Assembly (NCBI GenBank): GCA_002633005.1
Contig: NMRA01000484.1
Span: forward strand, 266,738-330,737
Length of the DNA: 64,000 nucleotides
Direction of reading: 5' to 3'
Source: Phoronis australis
Taxonomy: Eukaryota; Animalia; Phoronida
Of this stretch, positions 11,813 to 23,899 are shown piece after piece. The translations under genes and the position numbers were made by a program. Each line of letters opens with the position of its first letter. The first letter of the stretch is position 1. The notes under the pieces were generated by a model. It did not search any database and had not been told where the DNA came from. It saw only the letters and a program-made list of their open reading frames with translations.

Positions 11813-13757
11813 AAGAGAATGCCACCCGATTTAATTAGTCTTTTTTACCCTCTTAATCGGTCTATATGCACCTAACCTCGTATACGGTAGATCTTACCTC
11901 GCCTATAAAGGTGTCGCGTTAATATGTGAGGAAGGTGAGAAACGACACAGTGACGTCAGTGGTTCTTCTGCAGAGTGAGTGCCGCTATGGTGTGGTGTAT
12001 CGTTCCCGCTTGTGCGAACTATGAAGCTGCGAGGAAAGCGGGTGTATCATTTTTTCGATTTCCTCGAGAACCAATAATGCTTCGGAAGTGGCTTGCGGTT
12101 GTGAAGAATGAAAAGTACGCCGTCAATACCAAATACGAGGCCGGGAAACTTGTCCGTGTCTGTCATTGGCCTGCATTTCGTCGGATCGGTTGTTGATCAC
12201 TTTTTGATTATGGAGATTTATAGTTGGCCATGAAAGCATAAACAATTACAATTAATTCAAGGCGTAAAAACATAACGTTTTATATAACCTGTTTGATGAC
12301 TGACTCGTTCGTGAGGATTCTGTTTGGTCCTATCCGGGTGTAGGATGTTTTCGCCAATTCGTTTTCTCAGCCCTAAAAACGTCGTAAGCACACTTCTGAG
12401 ACAAACCTACGCTTCTCCAAAAAGGCGTTTCATGTGCGGAATTTTGTGGAAGCAAACGCACGCGTCAGTCTTTTCCGTTATCATGCAGTTAATTAGCTCA
12501 CCGACACCATGGCAACTCATTCAAACGGTTTGCGGAACTATCCATATGTTCCGTTGAGTATGCACGTTCACGGAGCCTCTCTATTATTTTTTATCAGTGT
12601 ATTCCGGTTTGAACTGATAGCCTGTGAAACGTAACGCTCGACCTGTGAAGTCTTCGTCGGATGAGCACTCGTCTAAGTCGGGATTTGCGCGTAATGCCAC
12701 GTTGACGTTTAATATCGTGGGTTCTGTTTCAAAATTAATTCTTCTCACCCCAACCAATGCTTATATACAACTTAAACAAAGTCTGTCTCATTAGATACAA
12801 TTTATGATGCATTGGAGTGTTCGTGAACGCAAATATTTTGAGAAGCCAGCAATGAATAAATCACTGCGTTACCGGCTTTAGATACAATAAACTAATTGTC
12901 CGAGCACCGAGGCCGTGTGAGCGCATGCTAATGAAGTGTTTGCTGAGAGAAAACTGTTGTGAAACAATAACTCGATTTTATATCCTATGGTCAGATGTTA
13001 GGGGAATCTTTATTTAGATATTCGAGTCATTGTTACTGTACAACTTTTGCCCTGACGGGCTTTGGAGGGTTAACCTAGCTGACTTCGCGGCCCCCGACGC
13101 GTTAGTGAGTAGATTTACAGTCTTGCACCAAAATAATCACGTGCACAAATTTTCTTTGGCTCACTAGTATAGTATTTTTGTGACTGGAAGCTTAGTTTCC
13201 AACTTTGGCTGGTTAATGTTCGTGATGTCTTCAGTCCGGCCGCGATAGGCATGATCCGATCATCGGGTGCCGAGCCACTGGCCGGGATAGCAAGCGTTTT
13301 GTGCTTTTAGAACTGAAAAAATCGCAAGTCTAAAATTACAACATACAGCTATATTCTTCTGTCTATATTTCACGGACGAACAATTTCAATTTATCACCGA
13401 ACAGACCCCAAACTCCCACGACCGACCTTCGTAAATTGGTTACGGTACGTTCAAATACCTAAAAATCCGTAACAGCGAAATAAAATAACACGATTATATA
13501 ATTGCTCGATGTATTTGTAAGGGTTTTACATCGAATTTTGATGATTTATTGGTGTAAAACGATGAATTCAAGCGATAAGCCGACACCAGTAAGGGTGTTG
13601 TGAAGTGCTGAACAGACTGCATTCGAACCTCTGACGTCATTGGTTAATTTGAACACCTCCGTCTACAGTCAGCTGTCAGGTAAAAGAGATGTACTTGCTG
13701 CCATCGAGTGGAACTACTCGATCTAAATTGATAAAAACTTAGTTGATTTTTGGGGGT
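11813..13757 (+). mobile_element. Kolobok-like DNA transposon remnant (copy 1) carrying a THAP domain
   Basis: Starts TTAA|AAGAGAATGCCACCC, matching 12/15 the inverted end GGGTGACATTTTCCT|TTAA of the homologous copy at 54019-54037. 12535-13757 is clearly homologous to 52664-54020. Confidence 0.6.
11987..12190 (+). pseudogene. Frameshifted THAP zinc-finger (transposase N-terminus)
   Basis: MVWCIVPACAN...GVSFFRFP...WLAVV...RVC; the expected LHF (CTG CAT TTC) follows in a different frame. Confidence 0.75.
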
Positions 13758-14735
13758 ATTATGTTATGAGTCATTGGGATATTCGTGTGTCTGTGGATGG
13801 TCGTAAGTAGTGTGATGTTTAACTCTCTGTTGATAAATTGTCGATACATTGCTGATGTCAAACACATGCAGATCAAACGGCGATCAATATGGCGTTCACA
13901 TGTGCAATTCTTATAAAATTGGGCGCCAGATCAAAGGCCAGACCAGACACTTAAGACGAGCATTTACAAAAGCGGTGTATCAACTGCTTTGAGACCAGGA
14001 ACTACTCTTTGTATTCGAAAAATCAAACTCGATTTTTGCCATGTTGCGTTCTACTTTAATTACAAACTCAGGACCAGTGTATAATTATGTGCTTGTCTAT
14101 GTTATGTTTTACGTGGATGACTGTCTAATCCTGGTTTGAGCTTGATGACCTCAGCATTATTAAAGCTGGAAGGTCGAAATTTCGATTTTTACTCAAAATC
14201 TCGAGATTTTATTTGCGTTTGTAGCTCAAATGTGGTGGTCATCAAGTTCTCATCTGCGGAAGCTATAACGTAACAACGGACACGTATCTTGAAATGGAAA
14301 ATGGCAAAAATAAGTTCGAGTTCCAGACCCCGTCAATCATGGGTCATTATCATAGGCGAAAAGAGCCCCGACCACAAGTTACGTCATTGGAATGCACCCT
14401 TCTCAAGATAACGTTTAAAACTGGTACTTGAAAGCAAAGTATTTTAGCTGGAACGTTCTAACAAGTCACACAAAAGCATTGGGCTGCTTTTCACTGGGAA
14501 AGAAAGAGGGTTCACGCATGACGTCACAGCTTATGAATGCGACAATCGGTAACTTTTAAACGGTATCAGGCTCGTCGTGTGAACAGAACCTTCTACCTAA
14601 ACAGTTTCAAACTTATGTTCGTGTGAAGACAGCTTTTATCATTTTACGGTTTACCATAGACATTGTTTTTTTCAATAAGAACGTCACAACCAATTGGTCT
14701 CAACGTTCTAAGTATAAACAGAAATGAACAGGACA

Positions 14736-17700
14736 TCAGTCTGCGATGTCGTCGATCTTTAGTGAAACCAGTGACGTATTAGAAACATTCGGGGATATCT
14801 TTATCTCAACTCCGATACTCCTAAACGAAGAACAGTCGACGTCGTTTAAATTAGTTGGGCTTACGCACACATTTATCCCAAGGCTTGGACACGCGAGGTG
14901 GGGCCCGGGACTCTTTTTCCTGGTACATAATACCCGGGTGTCCTGTTGCTCAGCTAATTCACTAGGAGAAGTACTTGGAGAAACCTGGATTTCCACTCTA
15001 AATGGTTGCTTCTCATACACGGCGAGTGGTTTATTTGGTTGGTCAAACACACAAACCGGTGTTGAAGCTTGATCCTTGGCTTTGTGAGTTACGTTGTGTT
15101 CACATGTCCTAAAAGTTGGTTCTTCGATTTGAGTCCCGAATTGCTCTTCGTAATAAAACGCAGCGTTCGTAGGTTCTTGTACGTCCTTCCCAACTACCAA
15201 CCCGAAAGCTCCCTCTTCTTGCACTGAAGTTTCGTCTGCGGTTTTCACGACGCTTCTGTCAGACTGGAACTCGTACTTAAACCCTAGTTCCTCAGTATAT
15301 CCTTTCAAAATCTTGGGGCATACGCCTTGGTTGCGATCATACAGAACATTTTCCCTTTCTAGTCGATAAAACGTTGCTTCACGGTTTTGCGCAAGACTAA
15401 GGCGTTGTTTGAATGTGGACATCGGTATGCACTTCACTGGTTGGTCTACTCTTCGCCACGTTGGCGGTATCGGTTGGGGTGATTTTGATCGTCTACCAGG
15501 CGACGGGGATCGAGATGATTTCCCGCGAAACCCTTCGCGAGACACTTGACTTGCACTAATCTCTCGAGCGCTGTCTATAGGAACAAACAAACGCCGTTGG
15601 TTTTTCAGAAACTGTTGAACATTTTGAAACCTCGGACAATCGTCTCCGTACTTTTTCAAAGAGCTGTAACAAGCACTGTTGTCATTCTTTGACTTGTCAA
15701 AATCCAACCGTTTTTCAGGTGCTCCTACTGACGTGTCTTTGTGTTGGGAGTTTACCATCTTTCCAGTAACCCGTTGGTCGCGAAAATTGTCTTTAACTTT
15801 CTGAAGAAACGGTGTTCTTTTGTTGCCAATATTGTTACCGGCCACGGCAATCCCGGCCTCCCTTTTTATAGACGAATTCAATTGTTTACCGGTGGCCGCG
15901 GTGTACAACCTGTTGTCTGCTGTCTCGGAAAAATGTACTTTCTGCGGTTGTATACTATTCTCCTGGGTCTCAAAGGCCACGTCACTAGTTGCATTGCCGT
16001 CTTCAGGCTCGTCATTTTGCGGGCTTTCTGCTGTCACACCTCCGATAGTGTAAGACTCCGACTGCAGCTCCTTCCTTTTGACGTCAGCCACATTCGAGTC
16101 TGCAACCTGTGCAGGCACTGATGAAACGGCGCTCAGGTTTGCGTATAGACTGGCGTCATTCCTGACGTCAGTTTTTGATGGTTCGATAACGGCAATGGCG
16201 GGTACATTTAGTTCATTGCTCAAATCAGTATTTGTCCCCACATGTTTTTCATCATTAATCGTCGAAGAAAATCCGTCGTTAATCGTGACTTGTGAACCCA
16301 GGCTATTGCTTATGGATATGTCGACGGACATATCACCAAACTGAAAACCGTAATTGGGCGCTGATTGTATTTCACTAGGAGTTTCCTGTAGTAATCTAGT
16401 TGACGAGTCCTTTATTTGCACAGTGCCAATTTGGATTTCAGTGTTATCAGTTATTGTGCCTCTATGCTCTCCTGGGAGTATGGGGACAATGGGAAACTTG
16501 TTTACCTCTTCCTTATTTTCGAAGTCCTGTTTTTCCTCAGCTTCAGGATTCTCAAGGTTTTCTATCGATGAAGCAGTTTCAAAGTAATTCTGCGTTTCTC
16601 TTTTCTTTTTGGATTCACAAGATGGTGCTAGTGCTTGTAATGCAGTTAACGTGGCTGATGAATCCCCCTGGCGTGTAGTGCTTCCACAATAGGCACAGAC
16701 TATTTCACTACTGGTATCTCCAACATTTTTCAGAGCACCTCCGCTGTCCTCATCGTTCCTCTGTATCGCACCAGGCCCTTCGGCCTCGGCTCGTGAACTA
16801 TGGAGCGTCATGGAAGAATCGAATTCATTCGCATTGTTTTTACTTAGGCTAAAAAGTGCGTCATCTTCGCACTGTATATCTTTACTGGTCTCTGCCTCGG
16901 AGGTATCTTTTACTGCCAGGTATTCTGGATTGGACAATATTGCTGACGACACTTCTCGACTACTAGATGACAACTCCTTATTGCTACTGACATCATCGAA
17001 CCCTTGGAGGTCACAGACTTGTAAAACCTCAGAGACATAAGTGAGACTTCCGGTTTGGGCAATTTGCTGATCATCGCACGGGCGTACTAAAATGGTTTCA
17101 GTATTTTCCGCTTGCTTCACGTCGGCATTCAGTTCTTGGATCTCCTTCACCTCATCGTCACAGAGCGTCGCTTCCACATTGTTTGGTTCCGTCAAAACAG
17201 GGAAGGTTGTGGACCCCGCACAATGTGGCTCCACGACGACGCCATCCGGTTCCCTATTGAACGATGCGTCGGTTTTAAGCTCACTGTTTGGAGATAAAGT
17301 AACAGTTTTACAACCTGATAATTCATACTGTTTTATTGTACGTGGCTCCGTCTCATGCGGTTTCTGCCCTCTGGTTTGTATGTTTTTTGTTTGCGGTGAT
17401 TGCGAGGTCAGCTCTGTAGGAGATGATTTGCTCTGATAGGCCTTCCTCAAGGCGGAAAGTGGTTGAATATACTGAGTCTGTGGAACACTCTGGACGTTAC
17501 CTGGAATGTAATCTGGAGTCATATCGGCTCTCTTCGCAGCCCCCGTGTTTGTGTTCCGGCTTTCCCCCGATCCTACAGGGGTCCTATACCGCTGTTGCCT
17601 CACAAATGTTTTCCTTTGGGACAACCTTGTCGCTCCAAATCTGTCCTTTACCGAGTGTTCCCGAATCAAAGAATCGTTTTTTTGGATGTGCAATGAGGTA

Positions 17701-18206
17701 TTTCTAATGGCTCCCTGGTAAGGAAAACATTTTAAATACTTCGGGCACACACCGTGGGTTTTTCCGTACACCATGTTATCTCTGTCAAGACACCCAGTCG
17801 ACTCGATTTTGACATCAGCAACAGACGTGTCATCCGCATCTTCTGCTTTTGTCTTTGTTTTGATGTAACGAGGGCATACTCCTTGAATTTTATCATATGT
17901 CATGTTTTTGCGTTTACGAATTTCTGATTCCTGAAGGCGAGCGAGCTCGGTCTTGCGTATCATTTTAGTTTCGGAAAAGGAACCTGAAGCATTCAGAGAA
18001 AAATCAACGTGCGTCAAACTATCTATGTACCGATGACACACACCCTGGTTTTTGTCGTACATGACCTTTTGATCAGGTCTAGTTGTCTTTTTTTCTCCAA
18101 CGACTGCCGTGGGTGCCTCCTGCCGATCTGTTACAAGAATAACTCTCTTTTGATCAACATCAGTGGCTCTGTTTGGACTTTTAGTCACCGCCTTTCCATT
18201 TTCCAT
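14736..18206 (-). CDS. Uncharacterised 1156-aa largely disordered protein sharing the repeat of the 794-aa ORF
   Basis: 3.5-kb ORF with one full repeat (VMYDKNQGVCHRYIDSLTHVDFSLNASGSFSETK), three half repeats (YDKIQGVCPRY, YGKTHGVCPKY, YDRNQGVCPKI), an acidic middle and an RSPSPGRRSKSP segment. Confidence 0.8.
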   Translation of the reverse strand: MENGKAVTKSPNRATDVDQKRVILVTDRQEAPTAVVGEKKTTRPDQKVMYDKNQGVCHRYIDSLTHVDFSLNASGSFSETKMIRKTELARLQESEIRKRKNMTYDKIQGVCPRYIKTKTKAEDADDTSVADVKIESTGCLDRDNMVYGKTHGVCPKYLKCFPYQGAIRNTSLHIQKNDSLIREHSVKDRFGATRLSQRKTFVRQQRYRTPVGSGESRNTNTGAAKRADMTPDYIPGNVQSVPQTQYIQPLSALRKAYQSKSSPTELTSQSPQTKNIQTRGQKPHETEPRTIKQYELSGCKTVTLSPNSELKTDASFNREPDGVVVEPHCAGSTTFPVLTEPNNVEATLCDDEVKEIQELNADVKQAENTETILVRPCDDQQIAQTGSLTYVSEVLQVCDLQGFDDVSSNKELSSSSREVSSAILSNPEYLAVKDTSEAETSKDIQCEDDALFSLSKNNANEFDSSMTLHSSRAEAEGPGAIQRNDEDSGGALKNVGDTSSEIVCAYCGSTTRQGDSSATLTALQALAPSCESKKKRETQNYFETASSIENLENPEAEEKQDFENKEEVNKFPIVPILPGEHRGTITDNTEIQIGTVQIKDSSTRLLQETPSEIQSAPNYGFQFGDMSVDISISNSLGSQVTINDGFSSTINDEKHVGTNTDLSNELNVPAIAVIEPSKTDVRNDASLYANLSAVSSVPAQVADSNVADVKRKELQSESYTIGGVTAESPQNDEPEDGNATSDVAFETQENSIQPQKVHFSETADNRLYTAATGKQLNSSIKREAGIAVAGNNIGNKRTPFLQKVKDNFRDQRVTGKMVNSQHKDTSVGAPEKRLDFDKSKNDNSACYSSLKKYGDDCPRFQNVQQFLKNQRRLFVPIDSAREISASQVSREGFRGKSSRSPSPGRRSKSPQPIPPTWRRVDQPVKCIPMSTFKQRLSLAQNREATFYRLERENVLYDRNQGVCPKILKGYTEELGFKYEFQSDRSVVKTADETSVQEEGAFGLVVGKDVQEPTNAAFYYEEQFGTQIEEPTFRTCEHNVTHKAKDQASTPVCVFDQPNKPLAVYEKQPFRVEIQVSPSTSPSELAEQQDTRVLCTRKKSPGPHLACPSLGINVCVSPTNLNDVDCSSFRSIGVEIKISPNVSNTSLVSLKIDDIAD

Positions 18207-18417
18207 TGTTTTCGTTTATAGAACGTGGCACGTTGGAGAAAAGTAAAAATGATTAGATTTTCTATCCTTTACTTTTGGCACGCGTTGCAACACGTGAATT
18301 CCTAACAATTGACGTGAATGCTACATTAGAATGAAATAGAATGGAACACAATTTTATTTCTCACATGACCTGGAATGTGTTACGACACGAATGGTTAATA
18401 ACACCGAGTACGTAAAT

Positions 18418-18527
18418 ATAGATTATTACATGGCGAAGTCGTTATCCTCCGTCATCTAGAGGCCCAGTGGATTTTGGAGAATTATCGCCCGAGGGACGAT
18501 AACGACTGAGAACATGTAATAATCTAT
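18418..18527. repeat. Palindromic (hairpin) element
   Basis: ATAGATTATTACATG ... CATGTAATAATCTAT outer stem plus inner AGTCGTTATC/GATAACGACT stem. Confidence 0.6.
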
Positions 18528-18630
18528 TTATACCACATACCACCGAATATTAGCGTCAAATCGCAAACACAACCGTGTAATAACCCATTTAGTTATCTCA
18601 CAAGTGAGAACATTTTGGCGGGAAACTGAA

Positions 18631-18694
18631 GCCGGCTTCGAACCGGGCCTCAAGAGTTTCAAGTTGCCGACTTTACCATTACACACTTAGCGGC
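18631..18694 (-). pseudogene. tRNA-derived sequence (pseudogene or SINE head)
   Basis: Minus strand has A-box-like TGTGTAATGGTAA and B-box GGTTCGAAGCC at tRNA spacing, but the anticodon and acceptor stems do not pair well. Confidence 0.4.
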
Positions 18695-19057
18695 TGACGT
18701 CATCGAACGTGAAAATAAAATTATTTAAATGAGTACGCGCAACAATCGCATGTTCAGCAAAGGGCGTTGTACCGACATTTATACGTTATGAAAAATAAGA
18801 CGCATAATTTCGATAAAAACGATATTTTAATTCATTGAAATTTTCTCTCGTGTTCTCTAACTTCTAAATCACCGATCTCCAATTTGAATGTGGGTATCCT
18901 GTCTTCGGGATCCTTTGACTTGAGCTTTGGGCAACCGACCCCCATGAGATTCAGCATGTCAAAAAGTACCAGTGTGCTAAATTTGGTGCTTTAATCCGAG
19001 GTGTAAACGTTTTCGGGTTAAGGGCCTGGACTATTATACTCAGTTACTAGTGTACGG

Positions 19058-19991
19058 TAGGCAATGACCATCGCCTCTGTTGGCCCGAACCAGAGGCGAT
19101 GCAGATCCTATAGTAGGCTATGACCATCGCCTCTGTTGGCCCGAACCAGAGGCGATGCAGCTCAGGCGCTCTGTACGCCGGAAGCTTTTCCGCGAATTAT
19201 GCCTCGCACCGACTAAACCATCAAAGTTACAAATACCTTTTGCGCATAGAGGAACACCTTAGGAGGTTGTCGGTGTGTTTAATTCCTTCCAACTCGAACA
19301 AATACTCCCGTTATGAAACTTTTTCTTCGAGAAGTCCCTATTTTAGATCCCAAAATCGTGAAATCGACATTTTCATTTTTTAACCAGACCGAAGGTCAGA
19401 AGTTGCAGTCCTACCAGCGAACTTTGAAAGCTGAAGTTCCCGCCCTTTGCGTACGGGCATTTGCCGTGTTTTTAAACATTAAAATGTCAAATATGTACAC
19501 AAAGACTATTAAATTTCATATCAACAGCATTTATTTTTATCAAATCATACAATCAGTTTCAAGTAACGCCAATTAAAGACAAGTATAAGTGGTGGCATTT
19601 TGGAAACGAACATTTGACCGACAAGACGGCAATGGCTCACCTTTGGCCTATTTAAAGATTGAGGTCATGAAGTCACATCACCTAGCGAGCGCGGTAAAAA
19701 TTGGAGCGTGCGCAGTATAAAAATGTTGATTTCACGATTTGGGGAACTGGAATAGGGACTGCTCGAAGAAAAAGTTTCATAACGGGAGTATTTGTTCGAG
19801 TTGGGAGGAATTAAACACATCGACAACCTCCTAAGGTGTTCCTCTATGCGCAAAAGGTATTTATAACAACGTGAGTTTGATGGTTTAGTCGGTGCGAGGC
19901 ATAATTCGCCGAAAAGCTTCCGGCGTACAGAATGCCGATAGGAGCTGCATCACCTCTGGTTCGGGCCAACAGAGGGGATGGTCATTGCCTA
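19058..19991. mobile_element. Foldback-type element with ~270-bp inverted arms and subterminal hairpins
   Basis: 19114-19373 is the reverse complement of 19719-19991 at high identity. The terminal 47 bp is duplicated in tandem at 19058-19104. Confidence 0.75.
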
Positions 19992-22900
19992 TTACTAGTA
20001 GTAACCTATTTTAGCAGACGATATTTTCCCGGTCGAAGCTTAGCGTGATAAAATGTGTAGTAAGCTGTAATAGTTGCTGAACCTTAATATATAGATTCAC
20101 TTTATTTCTGTTTTGTTTAAATTTTCAATTGGTTTTGAGTAAAAGCGTTATTTGACAAAAATAGCACGGTTTTTTAAAAGGTCACGACCTCCGACCCCGG
20201 GCCTCTGACATTACAAAGTAGTTACACAGCCGAGACGAGTCTAGAAAGGTAGGCCATTCTAGCAGCTTTCGTATCGACACAATATTATTGTATTGTTGGT
20301 TTAAAATTTTTTTGATGTTTGGTAGTTTAGTTTTTGACAAATACAAATGTGCAAATAGTTTTTTCGTTGCGGCTGCCTAAGCAGAGGCACCTCTGGCAAA
20401 AATGTTTTGATGGGTCACTGAAAAGCCAACTCTAATTAAACCAATAATCTAGTTTTAGTATATTTCCCGGTTTACACCGGCGTACTTAACGTTTTCTCCG
20501 AATTTTGAGTACCGATTGTTAGCTTTTGGCTTTTAAACATTAAGTTACACCGATATTACTACTGCAAGTCTCATGTTGAGGCATCACGTGTTTAAGAAAA
20601 AAAATATCGGATGATGACTTAGTTTTTGAGCTATTTCAGTTTAGTTCATACACTGTCACATAAGAAAGCAAGCAAATTTCAAGAACACGATTGCCCCACA
20701 GTATTTCTCCAGATGATGATTAGTTGCACGTTATGCGTATAGTGAAGCATGCGCGCACCCAGCCTTTAATGACCATGCTGACCTTTTGCTGACAAAAAAG
20801 GCTACAGGACTAAAAAACGGGGTACCACCTTCAGAACTCTGAATTGTTCGTCTGCGCCTTTTTGGTGAACTTTGTCTCGTTTTCTGGTACATTTTGTTTC
20901 TCTGTGATGGACCTTTTTGCCCACCTCGTCCAATGGGGGGGGGGGGNGGGGGGGGGGGGCTCATTCAAGTCCCCCTGGGTGCACGCATGTGAAGGGATTG
21001 TGTAATAAGTAAGATTGGTGATAATGAAACTAAAACTGGGAGCTACATCTTTCATGAATTCAAATTTGCCATTTAACCACAAAGTTTCAACAAGAGATCA
21101 AGCAAAATCAACTTTTTTCAAATTGATTTATATATTCTTTGATATCAAAATTAATATTTAAATGGCGTCCGAAGAGGTTGTTACTGGCTGTAATGCACCA
21201 CAAAAAGAGTAACCGGGATCGATAAGTAACGCATTTCTTACATTATATTTAGGGATGGTATAGTGCAGAGGTAGGTCTATACTTTACATGTGTTGTGGTT
21301 GGCCACCAGTGTCGACTCATGGATAGGTCTGAGTTCTAAGGAATTGAGCTATTGAATTGAAAACTCAGAAGAGAGATGAAAACGAGCCTGCCGGGATTTT
21401 CTCTAGATAAGTCCATAGGCGTGTATTCGGAAAATGAAAAACTTCAGAAGATATTTTAGCAACACTAAATAAACGCCCAGGCGTTTATTTAGAAAAGGGG
21501 GTGTGTGAATGGAAAGTCAGGGGTTTCCTGACTTTGAAATTTTTTACTTTAAATTTTATGTTAATAAATGTAGTTCGCCAACCTTTTGTTCATTTTTTAT
21601 GAATGATAAATGCTCCACAAAACTGAATTTGTGACTAAAAGTTGACGCCCCACTATCTGGACACTTGACACCAGAAGTTGTAACACCAAATAATTGGGTA
21701 TAATTTTCCGAATAAACGCCCATGGGCGTTTCATCGGGTGGGCTTATCTACGGAAAACCCCTGTGCCACTGAATAGGATTCATTTTGAGTAACAAAATCT
21801 CAACGAAATCTTCACTGACGACCAAATAACCCTGTCCATGACTTTCCAAAAAGTAACAGCAGCCCTCCCAAGACACCATCATCAAGAGGGCTGCCATGAT
21901 CTACCAACACAAAAACTGAGTAAAGTTTGGTCAATAATTTATTTTTTTCTAATACAAATAACTACAATAGACTTCACACCAGGGAGGAGTTACCTATATT
22001 GTAAGTCATACCAAACCTTTCTCGAAGGAAAACTGTGTAAATGGCATGCAGCTTCAGAAAAAAATCAAAATAAAAACAAATACAAATCCTCCTTTTAACA
22101 GATGAACATGTAGAAAATTTGATAATAGGGTGAAATCTTCATTCTTAGCATAAATCCAATACATCTATACAGTGATAAACTAACAAAAGTGCAAAAATAA
22201 AGACTAGGATAGGTAACACTAGGAAAGCTAATAAATTTCTAAAACTCTACAAATGCATGTAACCCTAAACGGGTCCTTTTTGTAAAGGTGAACAGCTAAA
22301 TAAGTACACAAGAGTAAATCTATAAAGAACATTTCATGTAAATACACATTCAAGTTAAATGATTTTTTAAAATAACATTAGGGGTAGATATTGCAAAGAG
22401 ATATAGTAGAATTCAAGAAATGAAGTCACAAATTTGTGTGGTCATGTCGGAGAAATTACAAAGTGATTCTATTCCAAAGTTTTCGATATTCAACAAAGTG
22501 ATTGTCACTCGTTAAAATCTACCAGCGACAGCCTCTGGCAACTGTAATGATGCAAATGACTAATCAAATGTTTTTCAAAAGATATTAATCAGGGGCTCTC
22601 AATCACAATAGTGCAAACATCAATCAAAATGAGACCAAACAAATGAGACCAAATACAGAACCAGATTTAAACAAAAATATACAATCGATACAACACGAGA
22701 TTCCTAAACTTTTTGAAAATGTTAATTGCAGGTTTAAAAAATAAGTCTATTAACCACTTCATCTAAAACAAATTTTCTACCAGTTGGTGATAGTGGCATA
22801 AAGTCATAAAATATCGCAAGATATCATAGCTTTGCAAGTAAAACAGTATGTTACAACAGCGGATATAGATTCAGTAGCAATAGAATACTGTTTCCTAATA

Positions 22901-23798
22901 GGGCGTTGGCTTGCATGACGGACCTGTGCCTTCCGACAGGGAAACTTTTTGGGTTGAGGGGAAAATCCCTCCAGTCACCACCAATTCCACCACCTGGTCG
23001 CCACACCTCATTGAAAATGCCTCTAAGTTTTGCAGAAGTGATTCTAACTTTGAGGAGGATATGGGGGCCTGATGAGAGGAATTTCAAGTGATTTTTATTA
23101 ACTATTTTTCACAAGGGAAAATCATGGGCCTTGCATACAGCCACCTTAGACAAGTTTTTAGAATTAAATAGGTTAAGAAGAAACTAACTTTTCATTCAGA
23201 CGACTTACCGTGGCAATAAAATTGGTCTCAACTTTTTTCCTTAATCAGATGAGAAGTGACTTTTGGTTTTGCAAAGAAGACAATTCGTTATTTCGCGAGA
23301 CCATGCACGGGTCACAAAAAGACAAGCCACAACAAGTCAACTTGTACAGCTGCATCTCAAGCAACAACCAACTGACGACTCTTTCCAAGCCAGCAAATCA
23401 CACCAACTTTGGCTAAGGAACAATTTGCAATCATGGTATGTGACCTGTTAAGAATTGTTTTTGTGCTGAAAGGTAGGTTTACAGCGGCTTTCTTATAGAT
23501 CCAATTACACATAAAGTCGCAATGAACAGTTTTATGTTTTTCACGGAACAATGGCAGGCAAAGCCAACAACAAATGACCTGAACCCCGTAACATGTCCCT
23601 GAAGATCGAGAAGCTAGTTTTGTGGTGGAGGCAACAAGTTATTCCAACAGCCTGAACATACAATACCGAAGTCTATAATAAACATTTCTTACTAAACAAT
23701 TAGCACCTAACAATATGAAGCAATACTTGGACGAAATGACTGGACTTTCTAATAGAAATATAATATACAAAGCTGACACATGGTGGATCAGATGGTCA

Positions 23799-23899
23799 TT
23801 AATCAGCGACGGCTTTACTGGCAAACGTGGCCAGTGATGTCATCTCTGACGGGAGTCTGGACAGTTCGACTGTTTCTTCGTTGCTTTCATCGATTAAGG
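23799..23899 (-). CDS. WLS: Wntless last coding exon
   Basis: [32 protein letters not shown], resembling the invertebrate Wls C-terminal tail. Confidence 0.85.

Noticed and set aside
14746-17707. Numerous + strand ORFs of 60-126 aa
   Set aside because: Antisense shadows of the 1156-aa ORF with no recognisable motifs.
18631-18694. Functional tRNA gene
   Set aside because: A/B boxes are present but the cloverleaf stems do not pair; kept only as tRNA-derived.
20934-20960. Poly-G run as a G-quadruplex or regulatory element
   Set aside because: Contains an N (20947), so it is probably a contig break at a homopolymer and its length is unreliable; the same applies at 44067-44079.
21420-21760. aataaacgccc/ggcgtttatt palindromes
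   Set aside because: Probably Tc1/mariner-type MITE sub-repeats; boundaries not resolvable by eye.
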